A DNA stretch of 62,660 bases, filler included, from Methanobacteriota archaeon (GCA_024860865.1; 5 parts of 5 records of this genome joined end to end with filler, not necessarily neighbours in it), one strand, 5' to 3'; numbered from the whole stretch's first letter, positions 39,065 to 49,620 are shown. Made by a program: numbers and translations. The notes: generated from the letters alone by a model not told the origin.

Positions 39065-40336
39065 ATGGTTATGCTTAGCATAAACGGCATTGATTGTTAT
39101 TATGGAAGCGCAAAAGTTTTGGAGAATATTAAATTCTCAATTAAGAGCGGCGACTTCCTTGGGGTACTAGGACCAAATGGCTCAGGTAAAACAACTTTAC
39201 TTAGAAGCATTAGCAGAACATTGAAGCCTCGCGTTGGTACAATTCTCTTAAATGAAAAGGATGTTTATACTTTAAAAAGCATAGAAGTTGCTAAAAGTTT
39301 AGCTGTAGTTCCTCAAGAAACCGCAGTAGCTTTTGCTTTCACAGCGCTGGATATTGTTCTAATGGGTCGAAATCCTCACTTAAATAGGTTCGAAATGGAA
39401 AATCATAAAGATTTAGCCATTGCCAAAGAAGCAATGGAATTAACTAATACTTGGAATTTAGCTGATAAACTTATCACAGAACTGAGCAGCGGTGAGAGAC
39501 AAAGAGTTGTAATCGCTCGCGCTTTAGCTCAAGAGCCCAAAGTTCTGCTTCTAGATGAACCTACTTCTCACCTAGATATTAGCCATCAAATAGAGATATT
39601 AGACTTAATTGAAAAACTCAACAAGGAAAAAGGATTAGTTATTATCGCTGTTTTCCATGACCTGAATTTAGCTGCCCGCTATTGTAATTTAGTCCTGCTC
39701 CTCAAAAAAGGAAAAATAATTTCGCTGGGACCACCTGATGCAGTTTTAACAGCTGAGAATATCAAGAGAGTATATCATGTTGATGCGTTGGTAAAAAGGC
39801 ATCCCGTTACTAATTCTATCTACGTAACTCCGCTCCCCCTAATAAAGTCTAGAATATCAAGTAATAAAGTTACAGTTCATTTAATATGCGGAGCAGGCAC
39901 AGGCGCTCCTATAATGAGTTCTCTTATTAACATAGGATATAATGTAACAGCAGGTGTTCTTAATGTACTTGATACTGATTACGAGATAGCTCACTCTTTG
40001 AGTATCTCCGTAGTTAGTGAAGCTCCTTTTTCTCCAATAACTGAAGAATCTCATCAAGCGAATTTAAAGTTGATTAATCAAGCAAAGGTAGTGATAGTAG
40101 CTAACACACCATTTGGTTATGGCAATCTGAGGAATCTTGAAGCGGCTGAAATTGCTTTAGGCAAGAAAATTCCGGTATTACTTATTGAAGAAACACCGAT
40201 TGCCCAGAGAGATTTTGCCAAGGGAGAGGCCCAGAAACTTTTTGCTAGATTAAAGGGTAAAGGTGCAATAAGCGTTCAAAGTTACGATGAAGTTTTATCT
40301 TTTATTGAGACCAACATAGAAGCTAATTTCGAATAA
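39065..40336 (+). CDS. btuD: Cobalamin ABC transporter ATPase with C-terminal extension
   Basis: GPNGSGKT, LSSGERQR and LLLDEPT motifs; extra HLICGAGTG domain. Confidence 0.88.
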   Translation: MVMLSINGIDCYYGSAKVLENIKFSIKSGDFLGVLGPNGSGKTTLLRSISRTLKPRVGTILLNEKDVYTLKSIEVAKSLAVVPQETAVAFAFTALDIVLMGRNPHLNRFEMENHKDLAIAKEAMELTNTWNLADKLITELSSGERQRVVIARALAQEPKVLLLDEPTSHLDISHQIEILDLIEKLNKEKGLVIIAVFHDLNLAARYCNLVLLLKKGKIISLGPPDAVLTAENIKRVYHVDALVKRHPVTNSIYVTPLPLIKSRISSNKVTVHLICGAGTGAPIMSSLINIGYNVTAGVLNVLDTDYEIAHSLSISVVSEAPFSPITEESHQANLKLINQAKVVIVANTPFGYGNLRNLEAAEIALGKKIPVLLIEETPIAQRDFAKGEAQKLFARLKGKGAISVQSYDEVLSFIETNIEANFE

Positions 40337-40339
40337 AAG

Positions 40340-41419
40340 GTGTCATGTTCAAGGAGAAATATAGATTTGTTACCTCAAAATAATGAGAAATTGCAAGTAC
40401 ATGGTCTTGTTCGAGTATTCTCGAAAGAGGAAATTCAGGTTGCACGGGCCCAAGGGCAACTATTGAGTTTTGATATAGAGCTAACAAGGAGTTGCAATTT
40501 ACAATGTATTTATTGCTATGCAGATGGCGGTCAACCCCTTCCGAATGAGTTAACGGTAAACGAAATACGCAAAGTGATTGATGAAGCGAAAGAACTTGGG
40601 GCAAAAACAGTTAATTTTACTGGCGGTGAGCCATTATTACATAAAGATTTTTTCTCTATCGCAAAGTATGCTTATGATGCAGGACTTCAGATTTTAGTAT
40701 ATACCAATGGGACTTTAATAACTAGAGAAGTTGCAGAAAAAATATTAAGCCTTAAAATTTTTCCATGTGTAAAACTTGATACCACTTCCCCATTTACTCA
40801 AGACTTTCTTGCCGGGATCAATGGGGCTTTCAATAGGATAATGGAGGGTATTAACAACTTAATGAAAGTTGGATATGGAACGAAATACCAGCTTAACATC
40901 AACACCGTTATTTGCAAACAAAACATAGAACATCTCCCAGAATTGTGGGTATGGGCAAGAAAACGTGGTATTCAACCATCATTATTGAGACTTGGTCCAA
41001 AGGGGCGGGCAATAGGAAAAGATCTTGCCGTGAAAACCTTGAATTTAAAAGAATTATTCGAAAAAATATCAGAGATTGACAAACAATTTGGAGAAAACTG
41101 GGAACCTGTAACACCATTTTGCGGACGAGGTTGTCATAAGCAATATATAAGTTGTTTTATCACTTCCCAAGGATTTGTGCAACCTTGTACTGGTGTTGAT
41201 ATTCATGCTGGAAACATAAGAGAAGAGGGTCTTAGGAAAATATTGTCATCATCCGAAGTTTTCAAAATAACAAGAAATATAGATAAACATCTTAAAGGAG
41301 CTTGTGGCGTCTGTAAATACCTTGGTATTTGCTATGGCTGCCGAGGATTAGCGTATTACTTAAGCGGTGATTATAGAGAAGCGGATCCATTGTGCTGGCA
41401 TAACCCTCTAGCACTATGA
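40340..41419 (+). CDS. Radical SAM/SPASM domain protein
   Basis: CNLQCIYC and TGGEPL; SPASM cysteines QPC...CGVC...CYGCRG...DPLC. Confidence 0.92.
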   Translation: MSCSRRNIDLLPQNNEKLQVHGLVRVFSKEEIQVARAQGQLLSFDIELTRSCNLQCIYCYADGGQPLPNELTVNEIRKVIDEAKELGAKTVNFTGGEPLLHKDFFSIAKYAYDAGLQILVYTNGTLITREVAEKILSLKIFPCVKLDTTSPFTQDFLAGINGAFNRIMEGINNLMKVGYGTKYQLNINTVICKQNIEHLPELWVWARKRGIQPSLLRLGPKGRAIGKDLAVKTLNLKELFEKISEIDKQFGENWEPVTPFCGRGCHKQYISCFITSQGFVQPCTGVDIHAGNIREEGLRKILSSSEVFKITRNIDKHLKGACGVCKYLGICYGCRGLAYYLSGDYREADPLCWHNPLAL

Positions 41420-41574
41420 TTTTTAGCTTAAAAATTAACTTATAATCGTAATTTAATCTTCTAATTAAAAATGAAATTTCGTGGCAAAGATAATTCGTTT
41501 TTTAGCATATTTTTTTGTAAGAAAATTTTAAAGGTGTGAAAAACGATGTAGTATTGGTTATTTTGGGTCGAAAA

Positions 41575-42177
41575 ATGCAATTTCTTAAGGGAATAATCAC
41601 CTTTACAATTTGTATATTAACTCTTTGCATTATGCTGTCAGCTATTGTAGTTTCAGTGACTTATACAGGAAACTATCTAAAATTCAACTTTGTTAATAAA
41701 ACCACTGGTACACCTGTAAGTATAATAGTAGTTGGAGAAAAAGCCCCAGGTGGAGCAAGCGATACCATAGCTGCTGCTGATATAGCGGCTCAAATTGGAA
41801 ATCTCGCTTATATAGTAAAAACAGAAACTTATCCCACAACTGCTGAAATCAAAGACCTTGTAAAAGCAACAGCGGTTACAATAACAACTATAACCTGCTA
41901 TAACATATCAAAGTCGATTGCTATATTAGATAGCGAAGTAACCGGAACTATAAAAGCAACTTATAATATGATCTTAGTTGGAGGACCAGAAGCAAACGAA
42001 ATGGTGAAGGACTTAGTTGGCAAAAAGGTTTCCAAGGTTACATGGACTGAAGCAGTGGACGGGGCGGTTGAGTATATAGCTGACCCATATGGAACTGGAA
42101 AAGATGTTTTAATAGTAGCAGGAGCAACGAGAGAAGGAACTCGCAAAGCTGCAGCTGATTTGGTTATAAGATTTTAA
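41575..42177 (+). CDS. Minimal S-layer-family protein (N- and C-terminal conserved domains only)
   Basis: Signal helix; IVVGEKA..ASDTIAAADIAAQIG; LDSE, ILVGGPEAN and VLIVAGATREGTRKAA motifs. Confidence 0.75.
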   Translation: MQFLKGIITFTICILTLCIMLSAIVVSVTYTGNYLKFNFVNKTTGTPVSIIVVGEKAPGGASDTIAAADIAAQIGNLAYIVKTETYPTTAEIKDLVKATAVTITTITCYNISKSIAILDSEVTGTIKATYNMILVGGPEANEMVKDLVGKKVSKVTWTEAVDGAVEYIADPYGTGKDVLIVAGATREGTRKAAADLVIRF

Positions 42178-42205
42178 ATGTTTATTCTGTTTTTGAGGCT
42201 TTTAA

Positions 42206-42829
42206 GTGGTTACTCTTTCTGAAGGCGAATTCTTAGTAAAACTTGCGCGCAAAACAATCGAAGAATACTTTGTAACACATAAAATACCAAAGCCACCTAA
42301 AGATGCGCCCAAAAACTTATTTGAAGAAGCAGGAGTTTTTGTAACACTAGAAACATTCCCTGAGAAACACTTAAGAGGATGCATAGGTTACCCGGAACCT
42401 ATAAAACCGTTAGTTGAAGCCGCGATGGACTCAGCAATTAATGCTGCGTTTCAAGATCCTCGATTTCCCGCGCTTGAAAAGGAAGAATTAAACAGAATTG
42501 TAGTAGAAGTGAATATACTAACTCCACCTGAGTTAATTAGAGTCTCAAATCCCAAAGAATATCCAAAACAAATTGAAGTCGGAAAACATGGATTAATTGT
42601 TGAACATGGGTTCTATAGAGGATTGTTGCTTCCAATTGTAGCAGTTGAATATAAGTGGAGTTGTGTGGAATTTTTAACCGAAACTTGTCATAAAGCTGGA
42701 TTAACTTCAGATATGTGGCTTGATCCGCATACAAAAATCTATAGATTTGAAAGCCAAGTTTTTGCTGAGGAATCTCCTAAAGGAAAAATTAGAGAAATCG
42801 ATCTTAAGGAACTTATTGCTCGTAAATAA
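42206..42829 (+). CDS. AMMECR1 family protein
   Basis: GVFVTL, LRGCIG, DPRFP and GLLLP motifs. Confidence 0.93.
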   Translation: MVTLSEGEFLVKLARKTIEEYFVTHKIPKPPKDAPKNLFEEAGVFVTLETFPEKHLRGCIGYPEPIKPLVEAAMDSAINAAFQDPRFPALEKEELNRIVVEVNILTPPELIRVSNPKEYPKQIEVGKHGLIVEHGFYRGLLLPIVAVEYKWSCVEFLTETCHKAGLTSDMWLDPHTKIYRFESQVFAEESPKGKIREIDLKELIARK

Positions 42830-42861
42830 TAATTAAAGACAAAGTTATTGGGGCCAATTAT

Positions 42862-44067
42862 TTGACACAAAATATACCTGAAAGAGAAAACTTACCAACT
42901 GTAGCTTCTGGAAAAATACTATATCATTATTCGTATGATATTGGTGGGGAGCTCAATACTGAAGGCCTTACAGAAATACTTTCAGATATTGGAAAAGTTA
43001 AAACTATTTCAAAGAGGTTTGCATCTACTTTTTCACCTAGGTTTTTTGAATTAGGATTTGAGCCAATAGAAGTAAAATTGGGCGATATTTCAGTAAATTA
43101 CAGAGGTTCATTGCTAAAGCTCGGCATTTTTTGTGAAGTAGCCGCAATTGGCGTATTATGTATAAGATTAGAATTACCTATTGAAAATGTCAAATTAGAG
43201 GATTTAATAAATCTCGGCGATTTAGTTGAAGATAAAATTTTATTTAATGGTAAATCGACTTTTATCAAAGATATAGCTAAAGATTTTAAAGATAAGATTT
43301 TTGAAAAACTCTCAAAAAACATAACATTTTATTATAAACCCCCTGAAGAGCCTGATACATATATTTTCTTTGTTGTAAACAATATTGTCCCAGAAATATT
43401 ACCTCTTGATTTCTTTAAAAATGAACCTAAACTTGTGACAGCAATAATAAGAGGAGAAAAAAATTACAAAGATCTCAGCCCAGAAGAAGTTGCTGAGGCA
43501 ACTAAATTATGGATTAGCTATTCTCAATCCGATTTGGCAGTAATAGATTGGTATTCAACTCTAGTATCTTCAAATGATGGTGAACTTAATGAGGATATTG
43601 TGCGAGTTGTTGAGCTTGCAAGAATGCAGTTGTTAGAATTAATGACGTATGACAGAATACTTGATAAAATGATAGACGATACATATCTTGCAATTAGACC
43701 TTATTTGAGCCCAAAATCCCTTACAGCGCTTTCTTGGCTTGGAGGGGAATCCAAAAAATTATCTTCAACTCTTTATACTTTAACTGAAATGAGAATGGAT
43801 ATTACCGGCCTTGTTGAAGATGTTTTAAATGCAACAAAAGTTACTGGGGATTGGTATTTAGCAAAGGTATACAGATTTGCTTCTGAGAGATTTAGGCTAA
43901 AAGACTGGCACGATAGCGTGGGAAGAAAACTAAGAGAGCTAGAAGAAGTCTATACCATTGCAACCGATAGAGCAATGGGATACAGGCAATCGATGTTTGA
44001 GTTTTTGATTGTGCTACTTATTGCTCTTGAAATAATTATAATGCTTGTAACATTAACTAAAGGATAA
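42862..44067 (+). CDS. Hypothetical protein, RMD1/DUF155- or CorA-like with a C-terminal TM helix
   Basis: YSYDIG, QLLELMTYD, GDWYLAKVY and terminal FEFLIVLLIALEI. Confidence 0.6.
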   Translation: MTQNIPERENLPTVASGKILYHYSYDIGGELNTEGLTEILSDIGKVKTISKRFASTFSPRFFELGFEPIEVKLGDISVNYRGSLLKLGIFCEVAAIGVLCIRLELPIENVKLEDLINLGDLVEDKILFNGKSTFIKDIAKDFKDKIFEKLSKNITFYYKPPEEPDTYIFFVVNNIVPEILPLDFFKNEPKLVTAIIRGEKNYKDLSPEEVAEATKLWISYSQSDLAVIDWYSTLVSSNDGELNEDIVRVVELARMQLLELMTYDRILDKMIDDTYLAIRPYLSPKSLTALSWLGGESKKLSSTLYTLTEMRMDITGLVEDVLNATKVTGDWYLAKVYRFASERFRLKDWHDSVGRKLRELEEVYTIATDRAMGYRQSMFEFLIVLLIALEIIIMLVTLTKG

Positions 44068-44371
44068 AATGCCCTTTAAGGTGTTTAAGAACGTATTTGG
44101 CATATTTGTAATACATTTACTTTTTTTCAATAACTTATGAAAAATTTCAGGTAATTACAGGATAGAAAATCCTTGAGTATTCAAACAAGCAGTTAGGTCT
44201 CTTTTTTATAGTTAAAGTTGGGTCCCTAATGACGGCGCTAATATCTCTGCAAATCGTTAGGTGGACTCACGCTAATTTTCTTCAAATATCTAGGGATTAT
44301 TCTTAGCTGAAAAAAATCTTTAATAAAATTAATTTAAAATAATTGCATTAGTTGCGAAGTCCCTATAAGAG

Positions 44372-45040
44372 TTAGATGTATTTCATAGCTATTATTCTAG
44401 CTCTATCAGAAGTATCTTCAGCAGCATCTGCAACATTTTCAATTGCCGCAACTAAATCTTTTACCGTTAGAATTACCTTTATATCGCTCTCTGATTGTAG
44501 AAGGTCTTTTCTTAATTTTAGCTCAAGATCATCTACTTTTTCTTCTAGCTTGTTCACTTCATAGGTTAGTTCAATTGCTTTTTTCATACTTGAGCGCATT
44601 GTGAATAAAGCTTCGCGCAATTTGTTTACAGTCTGAATAGTAGCATTAGTTAAATTTTGAAGATCTGGCTTCAGTTTTTCACTTATAATGCAAAAAGGTG
44701 ATTCTTTAATTATCCTCGCGCATTCTTCAGCCCAATCAGCTATATCATCCAAATCATGAGCTAAGGCTAAGAGATCTTGGCGGTCAACTGGCAAAATTAT
44801 GCCGGTGGTAAGTTCAAGAACGATTTTTTTGGTTATTTCATCGGATTCTTCTTCAAGTTGTTTCATTTTGGCTGCGATCTCATTTACTTTATCGAGGTTG
44901 CAATCAGAAAAAGCTTTAACCACATCTTTAAGTAAAGAAACGACATCACAGGCCTTATCAATATTTTTTCTAGTTAGCTCTAAGATTGCTTCTTCTTTTT
45001 CTTTCCCCATTAGAACAAGCGGAGATCGAGTTCGAAACAA
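44372..45040 (-). CDS. DUF47/PhoU-like phosphate transport regulator
   Basis: EEESD, DRQDL, LDDIADWAE and ENVADAAED motifs; downstream of the PiT gene. Confidence 0.9.
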   Translation of the reverse strand: MFRTRSPLVLMGKEKEEAILELTRKNIDKACDVVSLLKDVVKAFSDCNLDKVNEIAAKMKQLEEESDEITKKIVLELTTGIILPVDRQDLLALAHDLDDIADWAEECARIIKESPFCIISEKLKPDLQNLTNATIQTVNKLREALFTMRSSMKKAIELTYEVNKLEEKVDDLELKLRKDLLQSESDIKVILTVKDLVAAIENVADAAEDTSDRARIIAMKYI

Positions 45041-45106
45041 GAATTTGCCCCACTTTAAATTTCAATATTATGCCTTTATAAAATTTCGGTTATCAGTTAT
45101 CAGCCC

Positions 45107-46108
45107 TCAGACAAAGTATTTGATCAATAAATAAATTCCAGCACATACTCCCATTGTGATTGGAACTGTTAACAACCAGCTTTGAATGATTCTCCAAACA
45201 ACTTTCCAATATAATGCCTCTTTTCTGCCTTTTGCAAGGCCAACTCCAATAACTGACCCGACAATAGTATGAGAAGTTGAAATTGGGAGCCCAAGAGCGC
45301 TAGCTATCAGTATTATGGTAGCTGTGGAATATTCGGCAGAAAATCCGAGTGTTGGTGTTATTTTAGTTATTCCCGTACCAACTGTCATTATAACCTTATA
45401 TCCCCACGTAAGTGCCCCGATTATTATCCCGATAGCACCGAAAGCCAATAACCAAATTGGCGTTATAGCTCCACCGTGATAGGTTAGTACTAGGTAAATT
45501 GGACCCACAGCATTAGCAACATCATTTGAGCCAAAACTAAAACCTACATACATAGCAGTTGCTATTTGCAAATAACCAAAAACTCTTTCAACTTTAGATA
45601 AGTTTGTAGTCCTTTCAAGAACGAATTTTCTTATTAGCGTATAAATTACAAACGCGCCAATCGCACCAAATATTGGTGATGTTATCCAACTGAGAACAAT
45701 TTTTTTCATTACTGCCCAATTTACACTCCCGGTGCCGAGAGAAATCAAACCAAATCCAAGCATAGCTCCAACTATAGAATGAGTTGTAGAAACAGGCAAT
45801 CCTTTCCATGTTGCAACAGTGAGCCATATACAGGCTGCTGAAAGTGCAGAGAAAGCTCCAATTGTAATTATGGTTATATCCGTTATTGAACTGGTATCAA
45901 CAATCCCTTTGCCTATAGTTTTGGTGACATATGTGCCAAAGAAAACCGCCCCAAGGAGATCGAAAATAGCTATCCTAATAAGAGCTCCTCTTAGCGAAAG
46001 CACTCCACTTCCGATGGATGTTCCTAGAGAGTTAGCTGTGTCATTAGCTCCTATATTCCAAGCCATGTAGAATCCGATAATAAGAAGAAAAATAAGAAGT
46101 AAATCCAC
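45107..46108 (-). CDS. pit: PiT family inorganic phosphate transporter
   Basis: GANDTAN, PVSTTH, GSNDVAN and PISTSH motifs. Confidence 0.95.
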   Translation of the reverse strand: MDLLLIFLLIIGFYMAWNIGANDTANSLGTSIGSGVLSLRGALIRIAIFDLLGAVFFGTYVTKTIGKGIVDTSSITDITIITIGAFSALSAACIWLTVATWKGLPVSTTHSIVGAMLGFGLISLGTGSVNWAVMKKIVLSWITSPIFGAIGAFVIYTLIRKFVLERTTNLSKVERVFGYLQIATAMYVGFSFGSNDVANAVGPIYLVLTYHGGAITPIWLLAFGAIGIIIGALTWGYKVIMTVGTGITKITPTLGFSAEYSTATIILIASALGLPISTSHTIVGSVIGVGLAKGRKEALYWKVVWRIIQSWLLTVPITMGVCAGIYLLIKYFV

Positions 46109-46309
46109 TTAACCACCTTTTGAAAGTAAGTAAATAAAAAATACCGCAATCAATGTGGACAAAGTTAGTGAAAAAGTGACAATTTTTATAGCAGACCAAT
46201 TTTCTGCTTTTTTGGTTATAAGTATGATTGCAGATAAAATTGCCCCAATACCGACTCCTAAAACCCAAACTAATACAATTGCTTCTTTAAAGAATACCAA
46301 GATGCCCAC
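46109..46309 (-). CDS. Small two-TM membrane protein upstream of pit
   Basis: Two hydrophobic helices; stop abuts the pit start. Confidence 0.6.
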   Translation of the reverse strand: MGILVFFKEAIVLVWVLGVGIGAILSAIILITKKAENWSAIKIVTFSLTLSTLIAVFFIYLLSKGG

Positions 46310-46480
46310 TCACAAATGGCTATTATCTCACTCATTAAACTCACCATAATTCAAGTTAATTAATTATGCTCTAAATAAAATTTTAAAATTTAAGCAAATC
46401 GCTAATTAATAAACCTGCCGAAAAAGAAATTTATCATGATTTTTAATTAAGATTGCTTATTTGCAACTTGAATTAGAAAA

Positions 46481-47551
46481 TTATAAAATTACTCCAACTG
46501 GTTTAATCTCAAGTTTACTTTGAGGATCAGCAACAGCTCTTCCGATAACTGAGGAGCGTATATTATATTTTTCAATAATTCTCCTAGCTTTATCAACTTC
46601 ATTTTTTGATAAAACTATACAAAATCCAGTTCCCATATTAAAGGTACGATACATTTCCTGATTACTTATGCGACCAAATTTTTGAATTGCTTTAAAAATT
46701 AGCTGTGGTTCTGGTAAATTATCGAGAACAAACCCTATTTTTGGAATCTTTCCAATACGTTTCAGTTTAAGAAATCCTCCTCCTGTGATATGAGCTAACC
46801 CTCGTACTTCGCAATTTTTTATAATATCGAGCACTGGTTTGGCGTAAATCTGAGTCGGTTCAAGGAGTTCTTCACCAACAGTACGATTTGAATCCGGCAA
46901 CTTCTCATCAAGTTTTAATTTTGCAGATTCCAAAAGTACCTTTCTTGCGAGAGTAAATCCATTCGAGTGGATGCCAGAACTACTAAGGCCTAGTACCACA
47001 TCATTGGATTGAATTTTCTCTCCAGTAATAATTTTGTCTCTTTCAACAATACCAACACACATCCCAGCTAAATCGAATCCTTTCTTTTCAATTTCTCCGC
47101 GTATCATTTCAGGTATTACGGCAGTTTCCCCACCAACAATTGAAATGCCTGCAATTTCAGCTCCTTTAACTAATCCTTTCATTAGTTCCTCTGTCAACTG
47201 CCGATCGGGTTTTTGAACTGCTAAATAATCGATCAAAGAAATTGGTTCGGCTCCTACACAGATAGTGTCATTAACACACATAGCAACAAGGTCAATGCCA
47301 ATTGTATCGAACTTCTTAATTAACTGAGCTACTAGAATTTTAGTGCCTACTCCATCTACATGGAGCGACAATATTTTGTCGTTCCCAATTTCAATTAACC
47401 CTGCGAAATGGCCAATTATATCTAATGGGGCTCCGATTTTTCTCTCTCTAAATTTGAATGTCTTTTTAATATGATCCCAAATTATACTGTGTATCTTAGA
47501 AACTTCATTAACATTAACGCCGACCTTGGCGTAAGTAAATTTCTCACTCAT
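46481..47551 (-). CDS. purM: Phosphoribosylformylglycinamidine cyclo-ligase
   Basis: DGVGTK, GGETA, SSGIHSNG, HITGGG and TFNMGTG motifs. Confidence 0.96.
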   Translation of the reverse strand: MSEKFTYAKVGVNVNEVSKIHSIIWDHIKKTFKFRERKIGAPLDIIGHFAGLIEIGNDKILSLHVDGVGTKILVAQLIKKFDTIGIDLVAMCVNDTICVGAEPISLIDYLAVQKPDRQLTEELMKGLVKGAEIAGISIVGGETAVIPEMIRGEIEKKGFDLAGMCVGIVERDKIITGEKIQSNDVVLGLSSSGIHSNGFTLARKVLLESAKLKLDEKLPDSNRTVGEELLEPTQIYAKPVLDIIKNCEVRGLAHITGGGFLKLKRIGKIPKIGFVLDNLPEPQLIFKAIQKFGRISNQEMYRTFNMGTGFCIVLSKNEVDKARRIIEKYNIRSSVIGRAVADPQSKLEIKPVGVIL

Positions 47552-47601
47552 ATTAATCACTCAGTAATTTTCAAGTTAAATTACCTAAAATTAGAGGTTA
47601 A

Positions 47602-48048
47602 TCACTTGGCTAAATTTTTTTTATATTCCAAAAATTTCTCTCGTAGTTTTGGATTTTCCATTGCTAGTATTTGAATTGCAAGCAGAGCCGCATTCTCTCC
47701 CCCATCCACACCAACCGCAGCGATTGGCACACCTCTTGGCATTTGTACCATAGAGAGAAGGGCATCCAGCCCCTCTAGTTTTACATTCACTGGTACTCCA
47801 ATAACTATTCTATCTGTATGGGTAGCAATTGCACCTGGTAAATGTGCTGCCAAACCGGCAACTCCAATAAAGACCTTCGTCCCTTCAGCTGTTGCTTTTC
47901 TCACAGTTTCAATTAACTTTTCAGGATTTCGATGGAAGGATATTACTTTAGTCTCAAAAGGGACCCCAAATTCTTTTAACACATTCTGAGCTTTTTCAGC
48001 TATTTTTAAGTCAGATTCGCTTCCGATAATTATCAGAACATCTGCCAT
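47602..48048 (-). CDS. purE: N5-CAIR mutase / AIR carboxylase
   Basis: [20 protein letters not shown] and VQMPRGVP motifs. Confidence 0.95.
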   Translation of the reverse strand: MADVLIIIGSESDLKIAEKAQNVLKEFGVPFETKVISFHRNPEKLIETVRKATAEGTKVFIGVAGLAAHLPGAIATHTDRIVIGVPVNVKLEGLDALLSMVQMPRGVPIAAVGVDGGENAALLAIQILAMENPKLREKFLEYKKNLAK

Positions 48049-48073
48049 TTTTTTACACTTCTAGCTTATTCTC

Positions 48074-48481
48074 CTAAGGAACTACCTTAACTTGAGGTGT
48101 AAGGCTATATTCAGGAATGTTCTCACCCGAGATAGTGACGATAATCGTATAGTTTCCAGGAGCGGTTTTGTTTGAAACACTAATCTTAGAAATATAGCCT
48201 TTCCCATCACTAGGTTTTATCACAGATTCAATAATTTCGCGTTTATTTGTACCACTAGCTAAGTCAGTAAAGCTTTCGGGCATCGAGAAAGAGATATGAA
48301 CATTATTTGCTGTTGCTTTGCCTTCATTCGTGACCCACCAATGAACATTTAGAGTACCTCCCTGCTTTACTTCCCACGGGGGAGGAACTGCAAATCCTAT
48401 GCTGAGTTCAGGCTTACCTAGGCATCCAAAAGAAGCTATTATCAACATGGTCACAACAGCTATTAGCAAAGTCTTTCTCAT
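48074..48481 (-). CDS. Lipoprotein with Ig-like (NEW3/CARDB-like) domain
   Basis: Lipobox SFGC; VTNEG..A.NV and PGNYTI beta-sandwich pattern. Confidence 0.7.
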   Translation of the reverse strand: MRKTLLIAVVTMLIIASFGCLGKPELSIGFAVPPPWEVKQGGTLNVHWWVTNEGKATANNVHISFSMPESFTDLASGTNKREIIESVIKPSDGKGYISKISVSNKTAPGNYTIIVTISGENIPEYSLTPQVKVVP

Positions 48482-48805
48482 AATTCAACACTGAACTAAG
48501 GCTGAACTGCACATCTAATATATTTTTCTCATGTGCTTATATATGTAAATTTCAGCAGTAGATAATTGAATACAAAATTTTTCTAAGCGTTGCTGCCCGA
48601 GGAATAGAGTTGGAAATTTGGAAATGGCTGTTGAGCATAGTTGGAGAAAACAATATACTCACAAAGCCGGAAGACCTTTTATGTTACTCTTATGGTATCA
48701 CAGAATTTAAGGAAAGCCTTTAGTCATCGTTAGGCCAGGAAGTAAAGAAGAGTTTTCTGAAATTTTGAAAGTTGCTAATGAAATTGAAAGGTGTAAAAGT
48801 TTTTA

Positions 48806-48848
48806 GTGGGTATATTTTATATACCCACAATTTAATAATTACCCACAA
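48806..48848. promoter_or_regulatory. Operator-like inverted repeat across the TATA box of the vapBC pair
   Basis: GTGGGTATAT-TTT-ATATACCCAC (48806-48828) plus a second TACCCACAA at 48840-48848. Confidence 0.65.
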
Positions 48849-48867
48849 AAATAAATGAGGTAAAAAT

Positions 48868-49071
48868 ATGGAAGCTGTAGTTGAATTGGACAAAAGAGGG
48901 AGGGTAACTATACCTTTGGAAGTGAGGGAAAAATACGGAATGAAAGTAGGCGATAAAGTTAGGATCAAAATAGCTGATTTTGAGCGCAGAAAGAGTTTTC
49001 TTGAAGTTTGGGACCTGTGCCTAAAGGGAGCTGGTGATGCTGCTAAGCTTAAACACGAAGCTGTGAAGTAG
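48868..49071 (+). CDS. AbrB/MazE-type antitoxin (VapB)
   Basis: LDKRGRVTIPLEVREKYGMKVGD motif. Confidence 0.9.
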   Translation: MEAVVELDKRGRVTIPLEVREKYGMKVGDKVRIKIADFERRKSFLEVWDLCLKGAGDAAKLKHEAVK

Positions 49072-49106
49072 GTTTTCGAAAAGAGGTACCTAAGGAATTT
49101 GAGAAG

Positions 49107-49523
49107 ATGAAATATTTAGATTTTTCAGTTCCGCTTTGTATTGCCACAGGTCAGCCGAGAGATAAATATGAGGCGTGTAAAAGGCTGATGCATAAGATCG
49201 AGAAGGGCGAGGAAGTAGTAATAGCCACTCCACTCCTTTTTGTTGAATGCGCTCATATATTTGAGCGAGAAGGTCATTCCAGAGAAAAAATTTCCAACCA
49301 ATTAAAAGTACTGTTAGATTGTAAAGGGCTAAAAACCGTAGATTTGGAGAACCGAAAAAATTGTAATCAAGCTATCGAGCTGTTCGGCAAATATCAAATA
49401 GATATCGTTGACGCGTTAAATATTTTGACCATGCGCAAATTAAATGTTAAGGAGATTTATTCGCTAGATTCTCATTATGATATTATTAAAGAAATCAAAA
49501 GAATAGAACCAACTATACGTTAG
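49107..49523 (+). CDS. vapC: PIN-domain toxin (VapC)
   Basis: KYLD, VEC, IVDAL and IYSLDSHYD motifs. Confidence 0.88.
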   Translation: MKYLDFSVPLCIATGQPRDKYEACKRLMHKIEKGEEVVIATPLLFVECAHIFEREGHSREKISNQLKVLLDCKGLKTVDLENRKNCNQAIELFGKYQIDIVDALNILTMRKLNVKEIYSLDSHYDIIKEIKRIEPTIR

Positions 49524-49620
49524 TTTTAAGATCGAATGTCGATCTTTTTGGAGTTAAAATTCACCAGACCAACAGCAAGAAATGTAGCATTATTTTCATA
49601 TAACAATTGACGTGTTAGAA

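Noticed and set aside
44220-44268. Hairpin GGGTCC-CTAATGA...TCGTTAG-GT-GGACTC containing AATGA
   Set aside because: No opposing GA or GAA/A loop and no UGA-containing gene nearby; it lies between convergent genes and its function is unsupported
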